A stretch of DNA of 64,000 bases. Origin: an uncultured Actinomycetes bacterium. GTDB taxonomy: Bacteria > Actinomycetota > Thermoleophilia > Gaiellales > Gaiellaceae. The DNA lies in NCBI GenBank assembly GCA_963773825.1, contig CAVZCH010000005.1, forward strand, positions 12,372-76,371, in the 5' to 3' direction. Position numbers and translations under genes: made by a program. Positions 1-9,234 of this stretch are shown piece after piece. Below the pieces are notes generated by a model, which had not been told where the DNA came from, did not search any database, and worked only from the letters and a program-made list of their open reading frames with translations. Every line of letters begins with the position of its first letter. Position 1 is the stretch's first letter.

Positions 1-1266
1 CGCGCCATCTGCCGTTCGATGGAAGCTGTTCGAAGAGAGTTGCGCAAGCTTCGCCTGAGCTGCGGCCCAACCCGCCTGCTGCCCGACATCGGCCGAGACG
101 ACGCCGAGAGGCTTCTCGCCCAAGCTCGTCAGCGCCTTCGCCTGATCGAAGACCGTCCGCAACTCGGCGAACTCCGCGTTGTTGGCTCTTAGCTCGCGGG
201 GTTCGAGGCAAACGCTCGTAGCGCGTCACGAGCGTCGGGAGGAAGCGTCGCGTAGCCGGTGTCGAGTACGAGCCGCCCGAATCCGGCACGGGAAAGTGAT
301 GGCAGCAGCGCCGATGCGCGTCGCCACAGCGAGTAGAAGCCGGGATAGTCCGGGAGATCGAACTGGTAAGGCGTGGCCGAGTCGATCAAGCGCGACTCCG
401 GCGACTTGCGGCGGATACTGCGCGGCGTAGACGAGCGCGTAGGTGCCGCCGGTGGAGTGCCCGGCAAGCACATACGGCCCCGGAGATGTCCGCAGTCTTG
501 AGCAGACCATGCAGGTCGGAGGCTAATTCGTGGCCGTCCTGGCGACCTGACGCTGCCACCGCTCCACCCTTGTCCTGCGCGATCGAACGCACACACACGC
601 GTCTTCGACGAAAGCGACCGTTGAACCCAGGCCCAGCTCGGCGTGCGCTCTCCGAGTCCGTTGAACAGCACGACTGTCGGCTCTCCCGAACCGGTGCAGT
701 TCAGATGGAGACGCTGCCCGTTGACGAAATAGGTTCGACCGGCGGGTGCGGGGTTGCTGGAGGTCGCCTCCAAACCGTCTCGTACGGCACCGCCGAGCGC
801 GACGAGCAGAAAGGACGAAGAGCGCCGGGTATAGAAGTGCGCGACGTGACCAGTTGTGGAGCGAACGGCGGGCGCCCCAGAACGACCAGCCGACCAGGAG
901 CACAAGCAGCACTGGCCAGACCCAGCCCGCAAGCCCAAGCGCGCCGTTGCCTGGCGCGAAGAGCAGTAACGCCGAGCCCGACGAGCTGCCGCCGCGATGC
1001 CTGGTGCAAGCGCCCATCGCTGCGGCTGATCTGTGAAGCGGCTCGACGCAAGCGCGAGCAGCATGAATCCAGCCCCGAGCGCGAGCAGCGCACTGCCGGT
1101 GATCTGCGGATTCCTCTCCGCCTGCGAAGACAACGAGCGATGAGCAGAAGCCCGAGGACGAACCCGGAAGCGATCGACCCGAACACCACGAGGCCGATCC
1201 GCCCTCGTCCTCGACCCTGAACCATGGTTGGGATGCTAGTGCCGGTTGGAAGGACGGCTTGGTCAT
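1..1266 (-). CDS. Membrane-anchored alpha/beta hydrolase (several frameshifts; runs off left edge)
   Basis: Pieces in different frames: N-terminal TM segments, LHLNCTGSGEPTVVLFNGLGE, RVCAFDRAGQGWS, nucleophile LAGHSTGG; AAGGAGGAGG SD before ATG at 1266. Confidence 0.75.
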
Positions 1267-1287
1267 CGAGGCTTCCTCCTCCTTGAC

Positions 1288-1334
1288 ATCGGACACTGTT
1301 GTCTGATTTACTATATCAGACAGTAGTGTCCGAT
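1288..1334. promoter_or_regulatory. Tandem palindromic operators in divergent promoter (probable TetR sites)
   Basis: ATCGGACA-CTGT-TGTCTGAT (1288-1307) and ATCAGACA-GTAG-TGTCCGAT (1315-1334); TTGACA at 1283; TetR gene in downstream operon. Confidence 0.7.
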
Positions 1335-1353
1335 TTCAGGAAGGGAGTACGTC

Positions 1354-2819
1354 ATGCATCACAAGTCCAAGCGGGTCAAGAACGAGGCGACCAGGAAGCA
1401 CAACGAAGCCGGCCACGCGCGCGGACTGCTTCCGGTGCTCCTCGTTGCGCAGCTGATGGTCATCCTCGACATCACCGCCGTGAACATCGCCTTGCCGAGC
1501 GTCGCCGGCGATCTTCAGCTCTCCGGTTCCGCCATCAGCTGGACGATCACGAGCTACTCCCTTGTTTTCGGGAGCCTGCTCCTCCTCGGAGGGCGCGCCG
1601 CCGACCAGCTCGGGCGCAAGCGGATGTTCATGACCGGCCTCGCGATCTTCACGGCCTCCTCGCTCGCATCAGCGATGGCCGGCTCGGCGGCGACTCTGTT
1701 CGCTTCACGGGCCGGTCAAGGCCTCGGGGCCGCAATGCTGTCACCGGCCGCGCTCGCGATCATCATGTCTGCATTCAACGGCCATCAGCGGGCCAAGGCT
1801 CTCGCTGCCTGGGGTGCAGTGGGGGGTGCGGGCGCTGCGATCGGTGTGCTCGTCGGCGGCGTTCTCACCGAGATTGCCGACTGGCGGACGATCTTCTACA
1901 TCAACGTTCCGGTTGCGGCTGCGCTGGCGATTGCTGCACTCAAGACAATCCCGGCCGATGCACATAGGCCCCGCTGGGCAGCGCTCGACGTCCGCGGCGC
2001 TTTGATTGCAACGACGAGCCTGGGCGCGATCGTCTTCGCGATCACCCAGGCTGGAAGCGTCGGCTGGTTGTCGGCGCAGACGCTGCTGGTCGGCATCGCC
2101 GGCCTCACGGGTCTCGCTGCCTTCGCCGCTCTCGAGCGCCGCACCCTCGCCCCGCTCATGCGGATCGAGCGTCTCGCGGATCGTGCTGTAGGTGGCGGTC
2201 TCTTGCTGATGCTCGGCAGCGGCCGGGTTGCTCTTCGGGCTCTTCCTGCTCAGTTCCCTCTACCTGCAGAACGTGCTCGGAATGGGGCCCCTGATCCACC
2301 GGTCTCGCCTTCGTGCCGCTCGCCCTCGCCGCTGGCGTCGGCGCCCACGCGGCCGCGCACGTTGTCGGCCAGCATGGCGTTCGTGGCCCGCTCGCGGGAG
2401 CGTTCCTGGTCAGCGCGGTCGGCATGGCACTCCTTGCTCACGTCGACGAGAGCGGCAGCTACGTCCGCGACGTCGTGCCCGGCATGCTCGTCGCCGGACT
2501 CGGCCTCGGGGTGGCCGTAGTCTCCGTCTCGATCGCCGTCCTGACGGGCGCTCGCGACGACGAGGCGGGGATGATCTCCGGGCTGAACTCGACCGGTCAT
2601 GAGATCGGCGGCACGCTCGGGATCGCGATCCTCTCGACAATCGCGGCGGGAGGCGGCGCTATCGTCGGCCCGCAGGCGGCATCGGGGATCGCGCACGCGT
2701 TCGTCGCAGCAGGCCTTCTCGCTAGTGTCGCGAGCGTGGTCGCCCTTGCTGTCCTCCCGCGGGCGAGCCACTTCGTTGCGAAGCTGCATCTGAACCCCTC
2801 GGCCATGCCGACGCATTGA
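1354..2819 (+). CDS. MFS drug-efflux transporter, EmrB/QacA (DHA2) type, frameshifted
   Basis: LDITAVNIALP, GGRAADQLGRKR, WRTIFYINVP motifs; continues through ORFs 2228..2602 and 2313..2819. Confidence 0.85.
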
Positions 2820-3427
2820 CAATGGCGAATCCGGCGACACCCGCACGGCCATCGACCCGCAAGCGACGGGCCGATGCAGAGCGAAGCATCGCCGCCATCC
2901 TCGACGCCGCTCTCGAAGCGCTGGCGAGCGATCCCGACAGCAGCATGGCCGAGATCGCTCGCCGCGCAGGCGTCGTCCGCGCGACGATCTACATGCACTT
3001 CCCGACGCGTGAGGCTCTTCTCGACGCTGTCATGGAGCGAGCTGTCGCCGACGTCGCCGAGGCGACGAGAAGCGCCGAGCCGCAGCGCGGCGAGCCGGTC
3101 GAAGCGCTCGAGCGAGTGCTTCGAGCCACCTGGCGCGAGCTCGCCCGCTTCCATGCTCTCCTCGCGATCAACATCGCTCGGCTTTCGGCGGAGGAACTGC
3201 GCCGCCGTCACCTCCCCGTGCTCGACCAGCTGGAGCCACTCATCAAGCGTGGCCAGGAAGATGGCGTCTTTCGGTCCGACCTGCCCATCTCATGGCATTT
3301 GGGTGTGGTCCGCGCGATCGTGCACGCCGCTAGTGGCGAGACCAAGAATGGTCGGATTCCGGAATCCAAAGTCGAGGATGCCATGCTGAGCACGGCGATC
3401 TCTGCGATCTCGGAGCGCTCGCGCTAG
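2816..3427 (+). CDS. TetR/AcrR family regulator
   Basis: RRADAERSIAAILDAA...SMAEIARRAGVVRATIYMHFPTREAL HTH. Confidence 0.92.
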   Translation: MTMANPATPARPSTRKRRADAERSIAAILDAALEALASDPDSSMAEIARRAGVVRATIYMHFPTREALLDAVMERAVADVAEATRSAEPQRGEPVEALERVLRATWRELARFHALLAINIARLSAEELRRRHLPVLDQLEPLIKRGQEDGVFRSDLPISWHLGVVRAIVHAASGETKNGRIPESKVEDAMLSTAISAISERSR

Positions 3428-3468
3428 CGTCCGAAAGGGATCCGCGACATCACCGAACTGAGGCCCAC

Positions 3469-4242
3469 ATGAGCCAGCCACGACCCACCGATCCGATCGG
3501 ATCCATTGGATGGACCGAACGCACCGGGGGAGTGCTGACCGCTCGGGAATGCCTAACACTTGCCCGGCCCCTGCTGCGGGGGGAGCTCGGCATACTTGCC
3601 GGCCGTCTCGCGATGGTGCTCCGAATGCACTCGGGACGCCGGAGTTCCATCGATCCGGCGAGCCTGGTGCCTCCCGACTCCCCTCTCGCGAGAGATGCCG
3701 AGGCCGCGACGCAGGACCTCTTGACACCGGCACTCCGCAACCATTCCAGTCGTGCCTACACGTGGGGCGCGGCCATCGCTGCACTTCACGGGATCACGTT
3801 CGACCGTGAGCTCCTGTACCTGGCTGCACTGTTCCACGACACCGGGATCCCGAGCCCGGTGCCCGACGTCGACTTCACGGTTCGCAGCGCCGCGTTGGCA
3901 CGCGAGTTCACCGACAGCCACCACGTGCCTGCCGATAGCCGCGAGCTCGTTACAAACGCGATCGCCATGCACCACACCCCCGGCGTTGGCCTCGAATCCG
4001 GTGCCGAGGCCTATCTCCTATCTGCCGGCGCAGCCGTCGATGTGTTCGGCCTACGCAGCAACGAGATACCCGATGCAGTTCGCCAGAGCGTCATCCAGGA
4101 GTACCCGCGGTTGGGCTTCAAGCGGGAGTTCGCCGGGCTTCTCCGAGCCGAGGCCAAGCAAGTCCCTCGTGGCCGCGCCTGGTACCTGCACCGCTTCGCC
4201 CTGAGCGACCTAAGCATTCGGCTCGCGCCCTTCCGTGGTTGA
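3469..4242 (+). CDS. HD-domain phosphohydrolase
   Basis: NHSSRAY, AALFHDTG, AIAMHH motifs. Confidence 0.85.
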   Translation: MSQPRPTDPIGSIGWTERTGGVLTARECLTLARPLLRGELGILAGRLAMVLRMHSGRRSSIDPASLVPPDSPLARDAEAATQDLLTPALRNHSSRAYTWGAAIAALHGITFDRELLYLAALFHDTGIPSPVPDVDFTVRSAALAREFTDSHHVPADSRELVTNAIAMHHTPGVGLESGAEAYLLSAGAAVDVFGLRSNEIPDAVRQSVIQEYPRLGFKREFAGLLRAEAKQVPRGRAWYLHRFALSDLSIRLAPFRG

Positions 4243-4639
4243 CCACGTGATCGACTACAGGCGTGAGGACTTCGCGGATAGGAAGTACCACTACGACGTC
4301 ATCCTCGACGTCGGCGGCAACTCGTCCTTGTCACACCTGCGGCGCGCTCTCACCCCGAAGGGGAGGCTTGTCATCACCGGAGGCGAGACGGAGGGGCGCT
4401 GGCTCGGGGGCTTCGATCGGCAGGTCCGGGCGAGGCTGCTGTCGCCCTTCGTCGGCCAGACCCTGACCACGTTCATCTCGGCGGAGAAATACGAGGACAT
4501 GATCGAGCTCAAGAACTTCATCGAAGCAGGAACGGTCAGGCCGGTCATCGACAGGACGTTCCCGCTGAGCGAAGTCCCCGAGGCGATCCGCTACCTCAGA
4601 GACGGGCGTGCACGCGGCAAAGTAGTCATCACCGTGTGA
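4235..4639 (+). pseudogene. C-terminal fragment of NAD(P)-dependent zinc-type alcohol dehydrogenase/quinone reductase
   Basis: DHVIDY...YDVILDVGG...RPVIDRTFPLSEVPEAIRYL...ARGKVVITV; N-terminal two-thirds absent. Confidence 0.8.
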
Positions 4640-4788
4640 GGCGTGGCAGCCCCGCTCCTGGCCGGCATAGCTCGAGATCAGCTCGGGACTACGCGAACGG
4701 TTCGAACGTGAACCCCTCCATACCGAAGGAGGGGGTCACACATGCCTATGGAGACAACAGAACTGGTCGATTTGCAGGAGTTTCTGAG

Positions 4789-4836
4789 AGCCCTCTGACG
4801 GACTCGAACCGTCGACCCCCTCCTTACCATGGAGGT
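4789..4836 (-). repeat. 48-bp duplicate of tRNA-Thr 3' half (att site)
   Basis: agccctctgacggactcgaaccgtcgaccccctccttaccatggaggt is identical to 12155..12202. Confidence 0.95.
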
Positions 4837-4950
4837 TTTGGGGCGTCACGGGCGTACACGCGCGATCACTCGTGACTCAGTTTCTCCTGCAAATTGGGCT
4901 TGTTGGGACGCTTGAGATGCGTCGCGAGGCGACGCGCGTGTCGTTTCTGA

Positions 4951-4969
4951 TGTGTCCGTTTTGTGTCCG
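4951..4969 (+). repeat. TGTGTCCG direct-repeat doublet (putative integrase arm-type sites, left)
   Basis: TGTGTCCG-ttt-TGTGTCCG, 11-bp period; same doublet at 12083..12101. Confidence 0.6.
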
Positions 4970-5048
4970 CGGCGTGTTGCTCAATCTTGACAACCAAGTG
5001 CCGTCCACTCATGCAAAACGGCCGGAGACCTCATCGAGCTAGGACCTG

Positions 5049-5312
5049 TTAAGGCGTGACGACGGCGTGAACCTTGATGACTTGCTGCTCGATGCCGGGG
5101 ACGACTCCCTCGACGTTCTCGCTGAACCAGCGGTCATGTTGCTCCTTGCTCTCCCAAATCTCGGAGACCGTGAAGCGGCCGCCCTCGTCCACGAAGGCGA
5201 CGTGGTAGAGGAACCCCGGCTGCGTCTTCAACTTCTCGATCAGCGCAGGCGCGGACTGGTCGTACTGCTCGGGGGTCATACCGGAGACCCTGTGCCGGAC
5301 AAGAACTGCCAT
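5049..5312 (-). CDS. ABM-like dimeric alpha-beta barrel protein
   Basis: QPGFLYHVAF...FTVSEIWESKEQHDRW; GGGAGAG SD. Confidence 0.7.
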   Translation of the reverse strand: MAVLVRHRVSGMTPEQYDQSAPALIEKLKTQPGFLYHVAFVDEGGRFTVSEIWESKEQHDRWFSENVEGVVPGIEQQVIKVHAVVTP

Positions 5313-5449
5313 GACTCTCTCCCTTGTTGGTTGGTACCGACCCACTCTTTCACAGGTAAGAGCGCCTACTGGCGGAATCTCGCCTCGGGCGGGCCGACGG
5401 CGTGACCCATAGGCACTCCGGTCCCACCAACGAGCGTTAGAATGTTGCT

Positions 5450-5824
5450 ATGTCTGACGACCGCTGCGATCTGCTCTGTCTCGACCTGCCGACGGCGGAG
5501 CGGCTGCGGGGCCGGCGCCTCGACGTGAGGGTGGCCGAGTCGGGCGCAGGGAAGGCGCGGGCGTCTGGACGATCCGACCCGGCTTACGCTCGCGGCCGCG
5601 CTATTGGAAGCCGACGAGCTGTGTGTCTGTGATCTCGCCTGGATCGTCGAGCGCGCCCAGAATCTTGTCTCGCATCACGTGCGCACGCTGCGAGCGCACG
5701 GCGTCGTGCGCTCGCGCGGCAGGGGAAGATGGTGATGTACGCGATCACCGAGGAGGGCCGTGTGCTGGTCGACGCTGTGCTCACCGCTGCTGCTGTCCCG
5801 ATAGGCGAGCGGGTCGGTGTCTGA
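5450..5824 (+). CDS. ArsR/SmtB (CadC-like) metalloregulator, frameshifted
   Basis: MSDDRCDLLCLD, DPTRL, ELCVCDLAWIVERAQNLVSHHVRTLR, GKMVMY across frames; TAGAAT-N6-ATG. Confidence 0.8.
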
Positions 5825-6509
5825 GCACGGCGCGCCGCTACTCCAGCTCGGCGGCGCACGTGCTTTGCGCGCAGCGGTACTGCCTATCGGTCCGCCGCCG
5901 GCGGAGCGGGCGCGGCTCGAGCGGCGCGCGCGGCTGCTCGCCTGGGGCGGTATCGCCTGGCATGTCGTCGAGTTCGCGATCGCGATCGCCGCCGGGATCG
6001 CCGCGGGCTCGATCGCGCTGATCGGCTTCGGCGCCGACAGCCTGATCGAGGCGCTCGCCGGCGTCGTCGTCGTCTGGCTGTTCACCGGCGGCCGACTGCG
6101 GCTCGCACACGGCCGAACGACGGGCGCAGCAGCTGATCGCCGGCTCGTTCTTCGTCCTCGCCGTTTACGTCGGCATCGAGGCTGTCCGGACGCTCGTCGG
6201 CGGCGATCACCCGCAGACGAGCTGGGTCGGGATCGGCCTGGCCGCCTTCACCGCCGTGACGATGCCACTACTCGCGCGGGCGAAGCGGCAGATCGGCACC
6301 CGGCTGAGCTCGTCGGCGACGGTCAAGGAGGCGACGCAGACACAGCTGTGCGCCTACCTCTCGGTCGCGCTGCTGGTCGGCCTGGGCTCGAACGCGCTGC
6401 TCGGATGGTGGTGGGCCGACCCGCTGGCAGCGCTCGTAATCGCCGGCGTCGCGGTCAAGGAAGGACGCGAGAGCTGGCGCGGCGAGGGCTGCACGACGGC
6501 TGCTGCTGA
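5817..6509 (+). CDS. Cation efflux (CDF-like) transporter, one frameshift
   Basis: GSIALIGFGADSLIEAL, QTQLCAYLS, LGWWWADPLAAL. Confidence 0.8.
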   Translation: MSEHGAPLLQLGGARALRAAVLPIGPPPAERARLERRARLLAWGGIAWHVVEFAIAIAAGIAAGSIALIGFGADSLIEALAGVVVVWLFTGGRLRLAHGRTTGAAADRRLVLRPRRLRRHRGCPDARRRRSPADELGRDRPGRLHRRDDATTRAGEAADRHPAELVGDGQGGDADTAVRLPLGRAAGRPGLERAARMVVGRPAGSARNRRRRGQGRTRELARRGLHDGCC

Positions 6510-6560
6510 GCGCAAGCACACCTGCGCGTCGGAGATTCGGTCTGAGTGGAGGGTCGTCCG

Positions 6561-6997
6561 TCAGACGCGTGGCTCTGGCGGGCCCATCCCGGCGAGCTCG
6601 CCCGGCTCGCGTCGGCGGGTCGGGGCCGTGACCGGCAGGCGCGTTTCCTGCCAGGCTTCGAAGCCGCCGATCACGTCGGTCGCGTCGAGGCCGAGTTCGA
6701 CGAGTGTGGCGGCGGCGAGGCTGGACGAGTAACCGTGGTCGCAGAGGATGATCAGCTTCCGGTCGAACTCGCCGAGGTGGGAGTTGCGCCAGGGCTCTCG
6801 GGAGCGACTCGCCATTCGAGAACCGTGCGCGGGATGTGGACGGAGCCGGGCACGACTCCGAGGTGCTCACGATCCAGGTCGGCGCGGATGTCGATGATCA
6901 GGGCGCCGATCTCGGCCGCTGCGAGTGCCTCGGAGGGCGTGAGCCGCTCGATCCTGGCCCGCGCGTCGTCGAGCAGTTCGTCGAGGGTGCGGCCCAT
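6561..6997 (-). CDS. Rhodanese-like domain protein, frameshifted
   Basis: LIIDIR...PGSVHIPRTVLEWR then IILCDHGYSSSLAAATL...DVIGGFEAW. Confidence 0.8.
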
Positions 6998-7009
6998 GGC
7001 CGGATGATT

Positions 7010-7320
7010 TCAGGGGGTTCGCCGAAGTGCCACCCACGTGAAGGGCTGGATGATGCCGCGCGGCGTGCGGTGTTCTTCCCGCGTGTGGTGGACGAGCTCG
7101 AAGCTGGGCGCGAGGAGGGCGGCGAGGCCGGCCGCGTCGTAGCGGACGACCGGGAGGCCGGAGCAGTGGTCTGGTGCGTCGGGGGCGAAGGTCGCGATCA
7201 CGGCCGCGCCGTCCGGTGCGAGCGCGCGCTCGAGGACGGCGAGGTAGCGGCTCCGATCGGAGTCGTCGACGAAGAAGGGGAACGTGGTCCGGTCGTGCGA
7301 GAAGTCGTAGAGACGGCGAG
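7010..7320 (-). pseudogene. C-terminal fragment of class I SAM methyltransferase (TPMT-like)
   Basis: YDFSHDRTTFPFF...IATFAPDAPDHCSGLPVVRY...HRTPRGIIQPFTW; SAM-binding N-terminus missing. Confidence 0.65.
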
Positions 7321-7341
7321 CTGCGACTGCTGCTGAGGGCG

Positions 7342-7702
7342 CTAGAAGCTGACGACCTTGTCGGCCCAGAGCGTCCAGTCGGTGAGCTCGTCGAGGTTCG
7401 AGCGGTGGGTGCCGTCGACGAGCTGGTCTTCGTGGATGGCGCGTGGCGTCCATGCAGGTGCCGCAGAGTCCCACCTCGGCGCCGCGCTGGATGGCTGCGC
7501 CGAGCATGCGTTCGAGGTTGTAGTAGCCGTTGGGTGTCTGCTGGCCGGCGAGCGCACAGGTGACGGCGTCGGCGAGCAGGAAGATGCGCATGTCTTCGCC
7601 TTCGCGCTTGGCGAGCGCGTGCGCCAGGCGCAGGCCGTTGTACGAGCGTTCCGTCCCGTAAGCGGGATCGTTGAGGACGACGAGCGTCTTCATCTCGGCC
7701 AT
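7342..7702 (-). CDS. DsrE/DsrF-like (YchN-type) protein, one frameshift
   Basis: LNDPAYGTERSYNGLRLA...VGLCGTCMDA then LDELTDWTLWADKVVSF. Confidence 0.85.
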
Positions 7703-7765
7703 GCTGCGTGACGAGGTCGGGGCGGCATCCGGGATCGCCCGCGTCTTGTGCGGTGAGAACCACGC

Positions 7766-7798
7766 ACTTGCTTCTCAAGTATTCAAGTGATAACTTGA
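7766..7798. promoter_or_regulatory. Palindromic operators in divergent promoter (probable ArsR-rhodanese repressor sites)
   Basis: ACTTG-N5-CAAGT (7766-7780) and TCAAGT-N4-ACTTGA (7783-7798) in an AT-rich patch. Confidence 0.65.
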
Positions 7799-7804
7799 CG
7801 ATCC

Positions 7805-8469
7805 GTGGCGAGTGGTGTGGCAAAGGCGGCCTTGTTCGACGCGCTGGCGTCGGTGGCGCAGGCGCTCGGGAGCGGGCGGCGGGCGGAGATCGTCGATCTG
7901 CTCGCGCAGGGCGAGCGGTCGGTGGAGGAGATCGCCGGCGAGATCTCGCAGAGCGTCGCCAACACCTCGCAGCATCTGCAGGTGCTGGCACGGGCGGGCT
8001 CGTGCGCTCGCGCCGTGAGGGGACGCGCGTCTTCTACCGGCTTGCGAGCGAGCGTGTCGGGGATCTGTGGGCGGCTGTGCGCGACGTTGCCGTCCGGCAT
8101 GTGGCCGAGGTCGGCGTGCTTGCCGACGAGTATCTGGGCGAGCGCGACGGGGTGGAGCAGCTCTCGGCGGTCGAGTTCGAGAAGCGGCTTGCGCGTGGCG
8201 ACGTGGTCGTGCTCGATGTGCGTCCGGAGATCGAGTACCGCGCAGGTCACATCGCGGGCTCGCGGTCTGCGCCGCTGCCCGTGCTCGCGGAGCTTGCGGA
8301 GAAGCTACCGCGGCGGCGCGAGATCGTCGCCTACTGTCGCGGCCCCTATTGCGTGTACGCCGACGACGCCGTCCGGCTGCTTCGAGAGCGAGGGCTGAAG
8401 GCGCGCCGACTGGACGTCGGCTTCCCGGAGTGGCGGCGCGCGGGCCTGCCGATCGAAGTGGCGAGCTGA
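7805..8469 (+). CDS. ArsR HTH-rhodanese fusion regulator, one frameshift
   Basis: AQALGSGRRAEIVDLLAQGERSVEEIA...TSQHLQVL; VLDVRP...YRAGHIAG...VAYCRGPYCVYADDAV. Confidence 0.88.
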
Positions 8470-8481
8470 GAAGGAGACCGA

Positions 8482-9234
8482 GTGCTGCTGCGACCGTTTC
8501 TGAACGACGCCGGCTCCTGTGCCAGCTACCTGTTCGGCTGCACCTCGCACGGCAAGCTGGCCGTCGTCGATGCGCACGTCGATCTCGTCGACGACTACCT
8601 CGCCGCGGCCAGAGCGATCGGGGCGCCGATCGTGGCGGTGTTCGAGACCCACGTTCAGGCCGACCACGTCTCCGGGCTGCCCGCGCTCGTCGAGCGGACC
8701 GGCGCGACCGCATACCTTCCGGCGGGCGCAGGAGTCGAGTTCGAGCACGTGCCGCTCGCCGACGGCGAGGTCGTCGAGCTGGGAAACACGTCTGTCACGG
8801 CGGTCGCGACGCCCGGGCACGCGCCCGCCCATCACGCATACACGGTCACCGACAGGCGGCGCGGCGAAGAGCCCTGGCTCGTGTTCAGCGGCGACTCGCT
8901 GCTGATCGGCGACGTCGGCCGCCCCGACCTGCACGTTGCCGGCGACCCGCGCGGCCAGGCGCGACTTCTGCACGCGAGCCTGCGCCGGCTCCTCGAGTTG
9001 CCCGACGATGTCGTCCTCTTCCCGAGCCACTACGGCGGCTCGGTCTGCGGCCGCGGTCTCTCCGGCAATCCCTTCTCCTCCGTCGGCTTCGAGCGGGCCC
9101 ACAACCCGCTCCTCGCACTCGCCGATCCCGACGCTTTCGCCGAGGCGCTCGTCGCCGACATGCCGCCCAGGCCGGTCGGGCAGGAGAAGATCGTCGCCGC
9201 CAACCGCTCCGGCACGGTGGCCGCGCCGGCATGA
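8482..9234 (+). CDS. MBL-fold persulfide dioxygenase-like (ETHE1/Blh) protein
   Basis: ETHVQADHVSG, TPGH, FSGDSLLIGDVGRPDL, PSH motifs. Confidence 0.85.
   Translation: MLLRPFLNDAGSCASYLFGCTSHGKLAVVDAHVDLVDDYLAAARAIGAPIVAVFETHVQADHVSGLPALVERTGATAYLPAGAGVEFEHVPLADGEVVELGNTSVTAVATPGHAPAHHAYTVTDRRRGEEPWLVFSGDSLLIGDVGRPDLHVAGDPRGQARLLHASLRRLLELPDDVVLFPSHYGGSVCGRGLSGNPFSSVGFERAHNPLLALADPDAFAEALVADMPPRPVGQEKIVAANRSGTVAAPA

Noticed and set aside
4716-4737. CTCCATACCGAAGGAGGGGGTC resembles the tRNA-Thr anticodon arm in inverted orientation to the att copy
   Set aside because: The match is largely the SD sequence AAGGAGG plus a G run; too short to separate from chance
7010-7702. Apparent DsrE-methyltransferase fusion ORF (230 aa)
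   Set aside because: The true DsrE C-terminus (WADKVVSF stop at 7342) is in another frame; the fusion results from a frameshift
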